Source: an uncultured Opitutales bacterium
GTDB taxonomy: Bacteria > Verrucomicrobiota > Verrucomicrobiia > Opitutales > Intestinicryptomonadaceae
Direction: 5' to 3'
Length of the DNA: 32,000 nt
Assembly: GCA_934613415.1 (NCBI GenBank)
Contig: CAKTSY010000004.1
Span: 1-32,000, forward strand
The notes beneath the pieces are model-generated. The model saw only the letters and a program-made list of their open reading frames with translations. It was not told the DNA's origin and ran no database searches. The stretch's first letter is position 1, and every line of letters begins with the position of its first letter. Below, piece after piece: positions 16,718-26,358 of the stretch. A program made the position numbers and the translations under genes.

Positions 16718-18061
16718 ATGAGCGAAAATAATTGCCCTTCGTATATTGCGAACGCAAAACCCAACGCGCAGCAAAACCGCGCGCCGTGGTTTAAAAATAC
16801 GGCTCCCGCCTATGCGGGAATTTTACTATGGTTTGTTTTTTGGACCATGGTAAGTTCTAACAACCTTGTTAACGGTTTGTTTGTTCCCATTGCCGCCGTT
16901 ATTACAGGCGCGCTTGTTTGCCACTTTTTCTTTTATCTTTCGGCAGGTATGTTCGGTATGAAAACGGGGCTTCCCCTTGCGGTTATCGGCAGCTCTATTT
17001 TCGGCGAAAAAGGCGGCATTGTAATGCCGGGGTTGCTTATGGGCGTTTTGCAATTTGGCTGGGTTGCGGTAAACTGCATAGGCGCTTCCGCCATTGCTCC
17101 CGACGCCTACAAAATTCCCTTTATAGTTGTATGGGGCGGCTTGGCTACATTCATAGGTTTAAAGGGCATTAAATATGTTGCTGGCATTTCAACATATCTG
17201 CCGCTTGTGCCTTTGGCTATTTTGCTTATCCTTTTGGTAAAGGCAGTTCCAAGCGTTGCCGATTTTAACCCCGCCATATTAAAGGCAAGCCTTGTTAATA
17301 CCGCTCCTTCGTGCGACAACGGCACAATATTTATGGCAATAGTTGGTGCATTTGTAGCCTTCTTTGCTACGGCAGGCGCTGCAGGTGTAGATTTTGGCAC
17401 GGGTTCTAGAAACGCAAAAGACGTTCAAATGGGCGGCCTAGTTGGCGTTGCAGGTATGATGATATTTACGGCAGTGGCGGCTTTGGTTATAATTGCAGGC
17501 GCTTTGGGCAACCCCGAAGTTGCGGCAAAAGTTATTGCAACTAAAGGCGGCACGGCAGGCATTACGGCAACCGACGTAATGGGCGCATTCTTTGGCAAAA
17601 ACGTTGGCGAATATATGTTCTTAGCCTTGGCACTGGCGGCATTCCCCTCGGCATGCTTTTCTTCGCTAATTGCGGCAAACTCGTTCAAAACAATGTTGCC
17701 TAATATCAACTCTACAATTTCGGTTGCAATAGGCGGCTTGGCTGCAATATTGCTTGCAGTTTTCTTAAGGGAACAACCGGGTGCTATTGTAGAAGTTTTA
17801 AATATTATAGGCGTAAGCTTTGGCCCGATTTGCGGCGCAATATTTATTGAATATTTCCTTTGCAAAGGCAAATGGGGCGGCCCGAGAAAGGGCTTTAACC
17901 TGGCAGGCTGGTTGGCTTGGGCTATCGGCTTTGTAGTTGGCATTTTGCCGAACTTTGGCGTATGCGAATTGCCAATGCCCCCCGTTATAACATTTGCAAT
18001 AGGTGCTATTGTATACCTTGTTGCAATGATGGCGGGCTTAAAATCGCAAAATGTAAAATAG
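16718..18061 (+). CDS. NCS1-family permease, cytosine permease (CodB)-like
   Basis: About 12 predicted TM segments. From memory of E. coli CodB, these blocks align: GMKTGLPLAVIGSSIFGEKGG...LQFGWVAVN and AGAAGVDFGTGSRNAKD. ATG at 16718 (MSENN) preferred. Confidence 0.65.
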   Translation: MSENNCPSYIANAKPNAQQNRAPWFKNTAPAYAGILLWFVFWTMVSSNNLVNGLFVPIAAVITGALVCHFFFYLSAGMFGMKTGLPLAVIGSSIFGEKGGIVMPGLLMGVLQFGWVAVNCIGASAIAPDAYKIPFIVVWGGLATFIGLKGIKYVAGISTYLPLVPLAILLILLVKAVPSVADFNPAILKASLVNTAPSCDNGTIFMAIVGAFVAFFATAGAAGVDFGTGSRNAKDVQMGGLVGVAGMMIFTAVAALVIIAGALGNPEVAAKVIATKGGTAGITATDVMGAFFGKNVGEYMFLALALAAFPSACFSSLIAANSFKTMLPNINSTISVAIGGLAAILLAVFLREQPGAIVEVLNIIGVSFGPICGAIFIEYFLCKGKWGGPRKGFNLAGWLAWAIGFVVGILPNFGVCELPMPPVITFAIGAIVYLVAMMAGLKSQNVK

Positions 18062-18084
18062 CAATATAGGTTTTACGCAAAACA

Positions 18085-18127
18085 AAAAGGTGCTTTGGAA
18101 TTTCCAAAACACCTTTTTTATTTTTTC
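18085..18127. terminator. Hairpin terminator between convergent genes
   Basis: aaaaggtgctttggaa (18085-18100) pairs with tttccaaaacacctttt (18101-18117) with one mismatch, then a T-run to 18127. Confidence 0.6.
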
Positions 18128-18146
18128 GAACAAGCTAGTTAACTAT

Positions 18147-18956
18147 CTACGCTTTTTTTGCGTCTATACGGCGTTTTTCGTATAAAGCAAGGGCTGCTGC
18201 AACATTCACGTTAAGGCTGTCTGCCCCGCCGTACATAGGGAACTTTATTCTGTCGGAACACGCATCTATCCACTCTTGCGGCAGGCCGTCTTTTTCGCTA
18301 CCTACAACAATTGCAACGCTGCCCGACAAGTCGGCGTCCCATATAAGTTTTGAAGCCGTCAACGCCATTGCAAAGGTCTTAACATTGCGCTCGTTTAAAT
18401 ATGCAATAATTTCGTCTCGTTTTGCGTTGGCAATTTGCATGCTAAACAAAGCCCCTTGGCTTGCCCTTACAACGGCAGGGTTAAATACGTCTACAACGCT
18501 GTCCGACAAAATTACGGCGTCGGCCTTAACGGCGTCGGCACTGCGAAGCAACGCGCCCAAGTTGCCCGGTTTTTCGATGGAATCGGCAACCAAAAACAAA
18601 GTCGGACGGTCTTTATTAAGCTCTATGTCCGAAAGCGTTATGCCCCATTGAAGGCTTACCCCTATAAGACCGTCGCAGCCTTCGCGGTTGGAAACCTTTT
18701 CGAACGCGCTTTTGCCCAATTCGCAAAGCTCTATTTTGCCTTTAAGCGAATCTAAAAACTTTTGGTGCTGGGCACTTTTAAACAAAGACGGGCAAAAATA
18801 AACTTCTTCTAGCGGAGCGTTGGCCGCAATGCAGCGTTCAAGCTCGCGCAAACCCTCTACGGCAAACCTGCCAAGCTCGCGCCTGCCCGAACGCTCCTGC
18901 AGGCTGGCAAGCATTTTAACCCTGGGGTTTTGTCTGCTAACTATAACTTCTTCCAT
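18147..18956 (-). CDS. TrmH/SpoU-family RNA 2'-O-methyltransferase
   Basis: SpoU motifs KPGNLGALLRSADA, VVGSEKDGLP and SLNVNVAAALALYE, plus an N-terminal substrate-binding domain. Confidence 0.85.
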   Translation of the reverse strand: MEEVIVSRQNPRVKMLASLQERSGRRELGRFAVEGLRELERCIAANAPLEEVYFCPSLFKSAQHQKFLDSLKGKIELCELGKSAFEKVSNREGCDGLIGVSLQWGITLSDIELNKDRPTLFLVADSIEKPGNLGALLRSADAVKADAVILSDSVVDVFNPAVVRASQGALFSMQIANAKRDEIIAYLNERNVKTFAMALTASKLIWDADLSGSVAIVVGSEKDGLPQEWIDACSDRIKFPMYGGADSLNVNVAAALALYEKRRIDAKKA

Positions 18957-19000
18957 ATTGATTTTGACAATTTTGACTTACTATACGATAACACTTCTTT

Positions 19001-20215
19001 ATGAATAAATCGCAACCCAAAAATTTTGTAGAATTTCCGTTTAAATATAAAGAAGAAATTATCCTCGATATATGCGACGTAAGCAATTTGGGCATAGGGG
19101 TAGGCAAAATAAACGACTGGGTTGTTTTTGTTCCTTATGCGCTTATGGGCGAAAAGATAAAAGCCTCGGTTTACAGAAACAAGAAAAACTATTCCGAAGC
19201 CGACTTAGTTGAAGTGCTAGAACCTTCGCCCGAAAGAGCCGAACCTTTTTGCAAGCTTTTCGGCGTATGCGGCGGCTGCCAGTACCAGCATTTAACCTAT
19301 GCCGCCCAGCTAAAGCTTAAGCAAAAACAGATTGGCGATTTAATGAAGCACATCGCCAAGCTTGAAGTTTCGGTAGAGCCTACGCACCCTTCGCCCGAAG
19401 TTTTGGGCTATCGCTCGAAACTTACACCCCACTACAACAAGCCCCTAAAAGACGGCTCTATGCCCGTGGGCTTTATAATGCAGTCGCGCAGGCAAACCTT
19501 GGTAGATGTACCCAGTTGCCCAATTGCATCTAAGGCAATAAACGAAGCTTTGCCTAAAGCGCGCCAAAACATAATAGACAAGGCCTGCAAATTAAAGCGC
19601 GGCGGCACTATTCTTTTAAGAGACACCCTTACGGGAGTTGTCAGCGACAACAACGCCGTTGTAAAGGCAAAAGTGGGCGAATTTACCTACAACTTTGTTG
19701 CGGGCGACTTTTTCCAAAACAACCCTTTTATTTTGCCGGAATTTGTTGGCTACATTGTAAACGAAGCCTTGGGCAACAAATATTTGGTAGACGCCTATTG
19801 CGGAGTTGGGCTTTTTGCCATAGCCGCCCATAAGCATTTCGAAAAAGTTGCCGCCATTGAAATAAGCGAAAAGGCAATTAACTGCGCCGAAGAAAACAAA
19901 AAGATAAACAACGCCCTAAACTGCGAATTTACGCTGGGTTCTTCCGAGGAGATTTTCAAAAACATTGCCTTTAAGGGAAGCGAATCGTCTATGATTATAG
20001 ACCCGCCCCGAAGCGGCTGCTCGGAGGAATTTTTGCAACAGCTTGTAAACTTTGCACCGAAAAAGCTTGTATACGTTTCGTGCGGGCCCGACACCCAGGC
20101 GCGCGACTTAATATTTTTAACAGCCAACGGCTACAAGGTAGAAAAAATACAGCCTTTTGATATGTTCCCACAAACGCGCCATATAGAAAGCGTTGCCACA
20201 TTAAGCAAAATTTAG
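19001..20215 (+). CDS. RNA (uracil-5-)-methyltransferase, RumA/RlmD/TrmA family with TRAM domain and Fe-S cluster
   Basis: Cys cluster CKLFGVCGGCQYQH plus SCPIA, FFQNN, SAM-binding VDAYCGVGLF, DPPRSG. Confidence 0.85.
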   Translation: MNKSQPKNFVEFPFKYKEEIILDICDVSNLGIGVGKINDWVVFVPYALMGEKIKASVYRNKKNYSEADLVEVLEPSPERAEPFCKLFGVCGGCQYQHLTYAAQLKLKQKQIGDLMKHIAKLEVSVEPTHPSPEVLGYRSKLTPHYNKPLKDGSMPVGFIMQSRRQTLVDVPSCPIASKAINEALPKARQNIIDKACKLKRGGTILLRDTLTGVVSDNNAVVKAKVGEFTYNFVAGDFFQNNPFILPEFVGYIVNEALGNKYLVDAYCGVGLFAIAAHKHFEKVAAIEISEKAINCAEENKKINNALNCEFTLGSSEEIFKNIAFKGSESSMIIDPPRSGCSEEFLQQLVNFAPKKLVYVSCGPDTQARDLIFLTANGYKVEKIQPFDMFPQTRHIESVATLSKI

Positions 20216-20240
20216 CGCAAAACAAAAGGCATTTAACACA

Positions 20241-20278
20241 AAAAAACCTCCTTTGACGGGAGGTTTTTTGTTTTTTTT
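20241..20278. terminator. Bidirectional rho-independent terminator
   Basis: Stem aaacctcc (20244-20251) / ggaggttt (20259-20266), flanked by an A-run upstream and a long T-run downstream. Sits between convergent genes. Confidence 0.65.
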
Positions 20279-20299
20279 AAAAAGTTTGCTTTTTAATAC

Positions 20300-21418
20300 C
20301 TAGTCTTGCGGCTGGCTCATTCTGTAGATTTCGGCGGCTTTCCATTCTTCGAAATCGCCCTGCTCTATATGCTTGCGCGCCTTTGCCATTAGCTCTTGAA
20401 AATAGCAAATGTTGTGAATTGAAAGCAGCGTGCAAGCCAGCATTTCGTTGGCTACAACCAAGTGCCTTAAATACGCGCGCGAAAACTGCGTCGTGTAATT
20501 TTCCGCCATAGTTTCGTCTATGGGGCGCTTGTCTTGCCTATACTTTGAATTTTTTAGATTTATAGTGCCAAAATTTGTAAAGGCGCACCCGTGCCTTGCC
20601 AAGCGCGTTGGCATTACGCAGTCGAACATATCGGCGCCAAGCGCAATCATTTCAAGCAACTGGCGCGGAGTGCCAACCCCCATTACATAACGGGGCTTAT
20701 TTTCGGGCAAATGGGGAGTGCAATAGGCAACCTGTTTTAGCATTTCCTCTTCGGGCTCGCCAACCGAAACACCGCCAATTGCATAGCCGGGAAAATCCAT
20801 CTTTGCAAGCTCTTGCGAGCAATAGGTTCTGATATCTTCGTAGGTGCCGCCCTGCGTTATGCCAAACAAAAGCCTGCCGTCGTTCGGGTACGAGCGGTAT
20901 TCGTCTAAACAGCGTTTTGCCCACCGCAAAGTGCGCTCTACCGACTGCTTGCATTCGCCTTTCGGGCACGGCCACTTTATGCATTCGTCTAGCACCATTG
21001 AGATATCCGAACCCAATTTGCGTTGAATTTGCACGCACGACTCGGGGCTTAAGAACAGCTTTGCCCCGTCTATATGCGACTTAAATTCTATGCCCTTTTC
21101 GGTTATTTTGCGCAACGACGATAAGCTGAAAACCTGAAAGCCGCCGCTGTCGGTAAGAATGGGTTTGGGCCACTGCATAAAGGAATGTAGCCCGCCCATT
21201 TGCTCTACCAAGTCGGCAGTAGGCCTAATATTTAGGTGGTAGGTGTTCGCCAAAATTATCTGGGCATTGCAGTCTAGCACCTGAGCCGGGGTTAGCCCCT
21301 TAACCGTTGCCTGTGTGCCTACCGGCATAAACACCGGGGTTTGCACAACGCCGTGCGGCAAAGTAAGTTCGCCCCTGCGCGCCGAAGACTTTTCGCTTTT
21401 CTTTAGCAGCTTAAACAT
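20300..21418 (-). CDS. tgt: Queuine tRNA-ribosyltransferase (tRNA-guanine transglycosylase)
   Basis: 372 aa. LTDSGGFQVFS, YLMGVGTP-like YVMGVGTP, DMFDCVMPTRLARHG, SRAYLRHL. The three zinc-site cysteines are substituted (see findings). Confidence 0.93.
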   Translation of the reverse strand: MFKLLKKSEKSSARRGELTLPHGVVQTPVFMPVGTQATVKGLTPAQVLDCNAQIILANTYHLNIRPTADLVEQMGGLHSFMQWPKPILTDSGGFQVFSLSSLRKITEKGIEFKSHIDGAKLFLSPESCVQIQRKLGSDISMVLDECIKWPCPKGECKQSVERTLRWAKRCLDEYRSYPNDGRLLFGITQGGTYEDIRTYCSQELAKMDFPGYAIGGVSVGEPEEEMLKQVAYCTPHLPENKPRYVMGVGTPRQLLEMIALGADMFDCVMPTRLARHGCAFTNFGTINLKNSKYRQDKRPIDETMAENYTTQFSRAYLRHLVVANEMLACTLLSIHNICYFQELMAKARKHIEQGDFEEWKAAEIYRMSQPQD

Positions 21419-21421
21419 TGC

Positions 21422-22840
21422 CTACAATATCGGGCTTGGAGCGTAGCTTTTCGCTTCGGGGAATTTTTCGGCGATTTCGGCAACGCGCTTGCAAAATACG
21501 TCGGTTTGTGACTGCGCCATTGCGGTCTTTGCCCTGCCTGCCTTTGCAATTTCAAGCAATTCTGGCATTGTAAGAGGCATATTTTCGTCGGCAGCCAACC
21601 TTTCAAGCAAATCGTTTTTGTGTATTTTGCCCGAACGCAAGTCTTTCGAAACTGCAACCGCGTGCGTCTTTATAATTTCGTGCGCGTTTTCCCTACCCAA
21701 GCCTTTTTTTACGGCATTCATCATAATTGTTGTGGTAAGCAAAAACGGCAAATACTTTTCGCATTCGGCCTCTATTACGGCGGCGTTTACTTCCATTTGG
21801 TTCAATATGGTGGCAAAGGTTTCAAGCAGGCCGTCTATTGCAAAGAACGACCCTCCCATCATAACCCTGCGCACAACCGAGCAGGAAACGTCGCCTTCGT
21901 TCCACTGGTCGCCGCCCAACGACGCCGCCATTTCCATAAAGCCGCGCAAAATAACGTGAAAACCGTTAAGCCTTTCGCAGCTGCGCGAATTCATTTTATG
22001 CGGCATTGCCGAAGAACCCGTTTGCCCCTTTGCAAAGCCTTCGCTTGCAAGTTCGTGCCCTGCCATAATGCGCAAAGTTTTGGCAAAGCTGCTTGCCCCG
22101 CAACCAATTTGGTATAACGCCGAAACTACTTCGAAATCGAACGAACGCGGGTATACCTGCCCTACGGCGTTAATCGATGCCGACATACCCAAGTGCTTGC
22201 GTATAAGCTCGTCTAGTTCGGCAACTTTTTCGGTATCGCCGTCGAATAGCGTAAGCTGGTCTAGCTGGGTGCCAACTGCGCCTTTAATGCCCCTAACAGC
22301 ATAGTTGTCTATAGTGTAGTTTAGGCGGTCTAAAGCCTTTAAAATGTCTTCGCCAAACATTGCGTAGCGCTTGCCCAAAGTTGTAAGCTGGGCAATCACA
22401 TTGTGCGTTCTTGCCGAAATTGCCAAGTTTCTATACTTTTCGGCAAGTTGCGCCAATTTAACTAAAACTGCAACAGTTTTTACCCTTACCAACTTCATTG
22501 CCTTAAAGGCCTGAAGCTGTTCTACATTTTCGGTAAGGTCGCGGCTTGTCATACCCTTGTGTATATGCTGGTAGCCCGCCAAATCGCAAAATTCCTCTAT
22601 GCGCGCCTTAACATCGTGGCGCGTAATGCGCTCGCGGTTGTTTATAGACTCAACATCTATGTTGTTCTTCACCTTTTCGTAGGCGTCTATAGCCTCTTGC
22701 GGAATGTCCAAACCAAGCTGCTTTTGGGCTTTCATAACAGCAATCCAAAGGTCGCGTTCAAGCAAAATCTTGCCTTCAACACTCCAAATTGCCTTCATTT
22801 CTTTCGAGGCGTATCTTTCGGCTAAAATATCTGGTATCAT
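21422..22840 (-). CDS. purB: Adenylosuccinate lyase
   Basis: 472 aa. Fumarate-lyase superfamily signature GSSAMPHKMN. PurB-like N- and C-terminal regions. Confidence 0.93.
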   Translation of the reverse strand: MIPDILAERYASKEMKAIWSVEGKILLERDLWIAVMKAQKQLGLDIPQEAIDAYEKVKNNIDVESINNRERITRHDVKARIEEFCDLAGYQHIHKGMTSRDLTENVEQLQAFKAMKLVRVKTVAVLVKLAQLAEKYRNLAISARTHNVIAQLTTLGKRYAMFGEDILKALDRLNYTIDNYAVRGIKGAVGTQLDQLTLFDGDTEKVAELDELIRKHLGMSASINAVGQVYPRSFDFEVVSALYQIGCGASSFAKTLRIMAGHELASEGFAKGQTGSSAMPHKMNSRSCERLNGFHVILRGFMEMAASLGGDQWNEGDVSCSVVRRVMMGGSFFAIDGLLETFATILNQMEVNAAVIEAECEKYLPFLLTTTIMMNAVKKGLGRENAHEIIKTHAVAVSKDLRSGKIHKNDLLERLAADENMPLTMPELLEIAKAGRAKTAMAQSQTDVFCKRVAEIAEKFPEAKSYAPSPIL

Positions 22841-22883
22841 TGTCTTTTAATCTAGCAAAAATGAAATGTTTTTGAAGTCTAAA

Positions 22884-22913
22884 ATTATATTTTTTTGGGG
22901 ATATTTAGCGTAA
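22884..22913 (-). promoter_or_regulatory. Candidate sigma70-like promoter for purB-tgt
   Basis: The minus strand reads TTACGC-18 nt-TATAAT about 45 nt upstream of the purB ATG. It is a pattern match only, and the promoter consensus for this organism is unknown. Confidence 0.25.
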
Positions 22914-22953
22914 AAAAAAAGTCGGGGCAAAAAAAGAAAGGTATGCCCCGACT
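22911..22953 (-). terminator. Rho-independent terminator after ftsH
   Basis: Stem gtcggggca (22921-22929) / tgccccgac (22945-22953). A9 on the plus strand (22912-22920) gives the T-run on the minus strand. Confidence 0.65.
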
Positions 22954-22982
22954 TGTCTTAAAAATTTGCCTTTTGCAATTTG

Positions 22983-24977
22983 CTAAGCTTTAGGCTGTTG
23001 CGGTTTATTTTCGCCTTCGGGCTTATCGGCAACAGTTTCGCCTTTTGCGCTTTCGCCTTCGCCTTTGGTTTCACTGTTTGCTGCTTCGGTTTTGGGCAAG
23101 CCCTTAACTATTGCGGTAACTTCTGCACCGTCTATAGTTTCGCGTTCTAGCAAAGCCTGCGCAATTTTTTCAAGCAAAGCCTTGTTGTCTAAAACAAGCT
23201 TTCTTGCGCGTTCTAGCTGCGTATCAATAATCTTTTTAACCTGATTGTCTATAAGCTCGGCGGTTTTTTCGCTTATATTTTCCGAGCGCGAAATTTCTTT
23301 GCCCAAAAAGATATGCTCTTGGTTTTCGTTATACGAAATCGGCCCCAAGTCGCTCATACCCCAGTCGCACACCATTTTTTTTGCAAGCTTTGTTGCGCTT
23401 TTTATGTCGCCCGAAGCCCCGTTTGTTATGTCCGACAACGCGATTTCTTCGGCAGCCCTGCCGCCCAGCGAAGTGCATATGTGGTTAAGCAGGCTTTTTT
23501 TGGATTCGCAATGCGTATCCTTTGTAGGGGTAAACATTGTAGAGCCCAAACTTTGACCGCGGGGGATTATTGTAACTTTGTGTATTGGCAAAGAGCCATC
23601 GTCTAGCAGACATTGAATGAGGGCGTGCCCCGCTTCGTGAAAGGCTGTAAGCTTCTTTTCGGCAGGGTCCATAAGCTTGCGCCTTTCGCGACCAAAAAAT
23701 ATCTTGTCGCGCGCGGTGTTTATGTCTTCCATCGAAATGTTTTTGCTGTTGCGCCTTGCCGCCGTTATTGCCGATTCGTTAAGCAAATTTGCCAAGTCGG
23801 CCCCCGAACACCCTGGGGTCATTTGGGCGACTTTCTTAAGGTCTACAGTGTTGTCGTACTTAAGTTTTTTAGAGTGTACTTTAAGTATTTCCTCGCGGCC
23901 TATAACGTCGGGCAAGTCTATAACAACTTGTCTGTCGAACCTGCCGGGGCGCAATAGCGCGGCGTCTAGAACATCGGGTCGGTTGGTTGCGGCAATAATT
24001 ATAATGCCTTCATGGCCGTCAAAGCCGTCCATTTCAACCAAAAGCGAATTTAGTGTTTGTTCGCGCTCGTCGTGGCTGCCGCCCATACCCGTTCCGCGCT
24101 GGCGGCCAACGGCGTCTATTTCGTCTATAAATACAAGGCATGGAGCCGATTTGCGGGCTTGGTCGAACATATCGCGCACGCGGGCAGCGCCTACGCCCAC
24201 AAACATTTCAACAAAGTCCGAACCGCTAATAGAGTAAAACGGAACGTTTGCTTCGCCTGCTATTGCCCTAGCCAAAAGGGTTTTACCCGTTCCCGGAGGC
24301 CCAACCATAAGCACGCCTTTTGGTATTCTTGCGCCAATATCGTTAAACTTTTTCGGGTTTTTAAGGAAATCCACAATTTCGGCAACTTCCTCTTTCGACT
24401 CGTCGCAGCCTGCAACGTCGTCGAAAGTTGTACGGTCTTTGTCGGCACCAAGCAAGCGCGCGCGGCTTTTGCCGAAGCTCATTGCGCCCTTTGTTCCCGC
24501 CTTCATTTGGCGCGAGAAAAGCCAATAAGCCAAAAATACCAAAACCAAAATGGGCAGCACAGAGCTTAGCAGGTTTTTCCAATACGAGCCTGCGGGTTTT
24601 TCTATAACCTTCCATGCGCTGTTTGGGTCGGTAAGCTTGTTGTATGCGCTTTCGGTTATCCTGCCCGAAAACGTAAAGTCTAAAGTCTTTTCCTTTGCGT
24701 TGGTGGCTCCCTCTTTGCCGTATAGCGGGTTTTTAATTTTGCCAGACACAACGTACCAGTCTTTGCCGCCCGATTCGTCGCTTGTAAGCTGAATTTCAAC
24801 AAGCGAATCGTCTACCGTGGCGTTCATCAGCTTTTTTATGTCGAAATTCTTTACGCTCGAAGAATTGTCAGACATATTGAACGTCCACAACATTACTATA
24901 ACCATTCCCAGCAAAAGCCAAACCGACATCATTTTTGCGGTTGGTTTTTCGTTCGGAAGTTTGCTTTTTTTATCCAT
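22983..24977 (-). CDS. ftsH: ATP-dependent zinc metalloprotease FtsH
   Basis: Two TM segments. AAA module [25 protein letters not shown] and the SRH region. Zinc motif HEAGHAL. Confidence 0.95.
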   Translation of the reverse strand: MDKKSKLPNEKPTAKMMSVWLLLGMVIVMLWTFNMSDNSSSVKNFDIKKLMNATVDDSLVEIQLTSDESGGKDWYVVSGKIKNPLYGKEGATNAKEKTLDFTFSGRITESAYNKLTDPNSAWKVIEKPAGSYWKNLLSSVLPILVLVFLAYWLFSRQMKAGTKGAMSFGKSRARLLGADKDRTTFDDVAGCDESKEEVAEIVDFLKNPKKFNDIGARIPKGVLMVGPPGTGKTLLARAIAGEANVPFYSISGSDFVEMFVGVGAARVRDMFDQARKSAPCLVFIDEIDAVGRQRGTGMGGSHDEREQTLNSLLVEMDGFDGHEGIIIIAATNRPDVLDAALLRPGRFDRQVVIDLPDVIGREEILKVHSKKLKYDNTVDLKKVAQMTPGCSGADLANLLNESAITAARRNSKNISMEDINTARDKIFFGRERRKLMDPAEKKLTAFHEAGHALIQCLLDDGSLPIHKVTIIPRGQSLGSTMFTPTKDTHCESKKSLLNHICTSLGGRAAEEIALSDITNGASGDIKSATKLAKKMVCDWGMSDLGPISYNENQEHIFLGKEISRSENISEKTAELIDNQVKKIIDTQLERARKLVLDNKALLEKIAQALLERETIDGAEVTAIVKGLPKTEAANSETKGEGESAKGETVADKPEGENKPQQPKA

Positions 24978-24981
24978 AAAA

Positions 24982-26358
24982 CTATTCTTTATACTCGTAA
25001 ATTATTCTCAACACCTTATCGCCTTTTTCAAGCGCATATTTTGCGGCGGGAGGGGCCGAAACTGTCCACACAATTTCCCCCATACTATCTATGACAACGG
25101 GAAAGGCGTTTCGTTTCAATTTTTCGACTTTTTTATCGACAAAAATATCCTGAAGTTTTTTGGGACTTTTTAGACCTATATATGTGTACGCGTCGCCAGC
25201 GCGCTTGTTTCGCGCACGAAGCGGAAATGCCGAAGCCTTTACGCACACATTGCGAAAAACATTGCTTTCTTTCTTCGCCCTTTCCTTGGCGTTTTCGCCA
25301 AAGTCGGCAAATTCAAGGAAAATCAAAGAGCCGTCGGGCAAAACGTTTTCGCCCAAAGAAAGGTCTATTTGGTAGTCGGCAGCCTCTTGAGGTGCATTTG
25401 CCAAGCTTAACTGACGACTTTTTGCCGAAAACTCCAAAAAGCCGCATTTTACACTGCATTTATAATCTTCGTTTGCCGCAATTGTATCCAGCAAAAGGTT
25501 CATAGCCTTAAAAGACAATTCGCCGTGTTTTTCCGCCAAAAACTTGGCAATTAAAGTTCTTTGCACCGTTCTAAAAGGCGTGTTTAAAACAATAGTATTC
25601 TCGGAAAGCTTAAAAAGCTTGTACATTGCATTGCAGTAGCTTTCGAAGAAAACTTCGCGCTCTTCAAGCAAAGCTCGGCATTGCCCCGCCATTGCGGCAA
25701 AATCCCTTTCCGAAACGCTTTCTAAAACGGGAACTACATTGTGTCGAATTTTATTCCTTAAATATTTGTCGCAAGCGTTTGTTTCGTCTTCGCACCAACT
25801 TTGCCCCAAACTTTTAAGGGCGTCTTTTATCTGCAACTTTTCCAAGCCCAAAAGCGGGCGTATAAATATAACGTTTTCGTATTTGGATATTGCGCGCGGC
25901 GCGCAAAGCCCGTCGGGAGAAGCCCCGCGCATTATGCGCATTATAAGCGTTTCGGAAACATCGTTTAGGTGGTGTCCCTGCGCGATAAGCGTTATGTTGT
26001 TTTCGGCGGCTTTCCTTACAAAAAAGCCTAGCCTAATTTCCCTTAAACTGCCCTCGCTTGTATTTTTTATTTCCCCACTTCTGCTTTCGCAAACAAGTTT
26101 TACGCCAAGGCTAGCACACAAATTGCGCACAAAAAGCTCGTCGTTGTCGGCACTTTTGCGTACCTTGTGGTTGTAGTGCAAAGCAATTAGGCTGTCTTTG
26201 CCGAAATATTGCACCGCCGACAAAAGCAAAAATACGGAATCAGCACCGCCCGAAATGGCAATGCCTATTTTTTCGCCGCATAAAATCTGTTCTTGGCACA
26301 ACGCCAAAATGCGCTTGTTTATGCGGTCTTTGTAAAGATTTAGAATATTGCAGTCCAT
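24982..26358 (-). CDS. tilS: tRNA(Ile)-lysidine synthase
   Basis: PP-loop IAISGGADS. Length is TilS-like. Sits in the conserved position upstream of ftsH. Confidence 0.9.
   Translation of the reverse strand: MDCNILNLYKDRINKRILALCQEQILCGEKIGIAISGGADSVFLLLSAVQYFGKDSLIALHYNHKVRKSADNDELFVRNLCASLGVKLVCESRSGEIKNTSEGSLREIRLGFFVRKAAENNITLIAQGHHLNDVSETLIMRIMRGASPDGLCAPRAISKYENVIFIRPLLGLEKLQIKDALKSLGQSWCEDETNACDKYLRNKIRHNVVPVLESVSERDFAAMAGQCRALLEEREVFFESYCNAMYKLFKLSENTIVLNTPFRTVQRTLIAKFLAEKHGELSFKAMNLLLDTIAANEDYKCSVKCGFLEFSAKSRQLSLANAPQEAADYQIDLSLGENVLPDGSLIFLEFADFGENAKERAKKESNVFRNVCVKASAFPLRARNKRAGDAYTYIGLKSPKKLQDIFVDKKVEKLKRNAFPVVIDSMGEIVWTVSAPPAAKYALEKGDKVLRIIYEYKE

Noticed and set aside
23677-24237. 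186-aa plus-strand ORF antisense to ftsH
   Set aside because: It is a shadow ORF opposite the highly conserved AAA module, with a Ser/Arg-rich, non-protein-like sequence.
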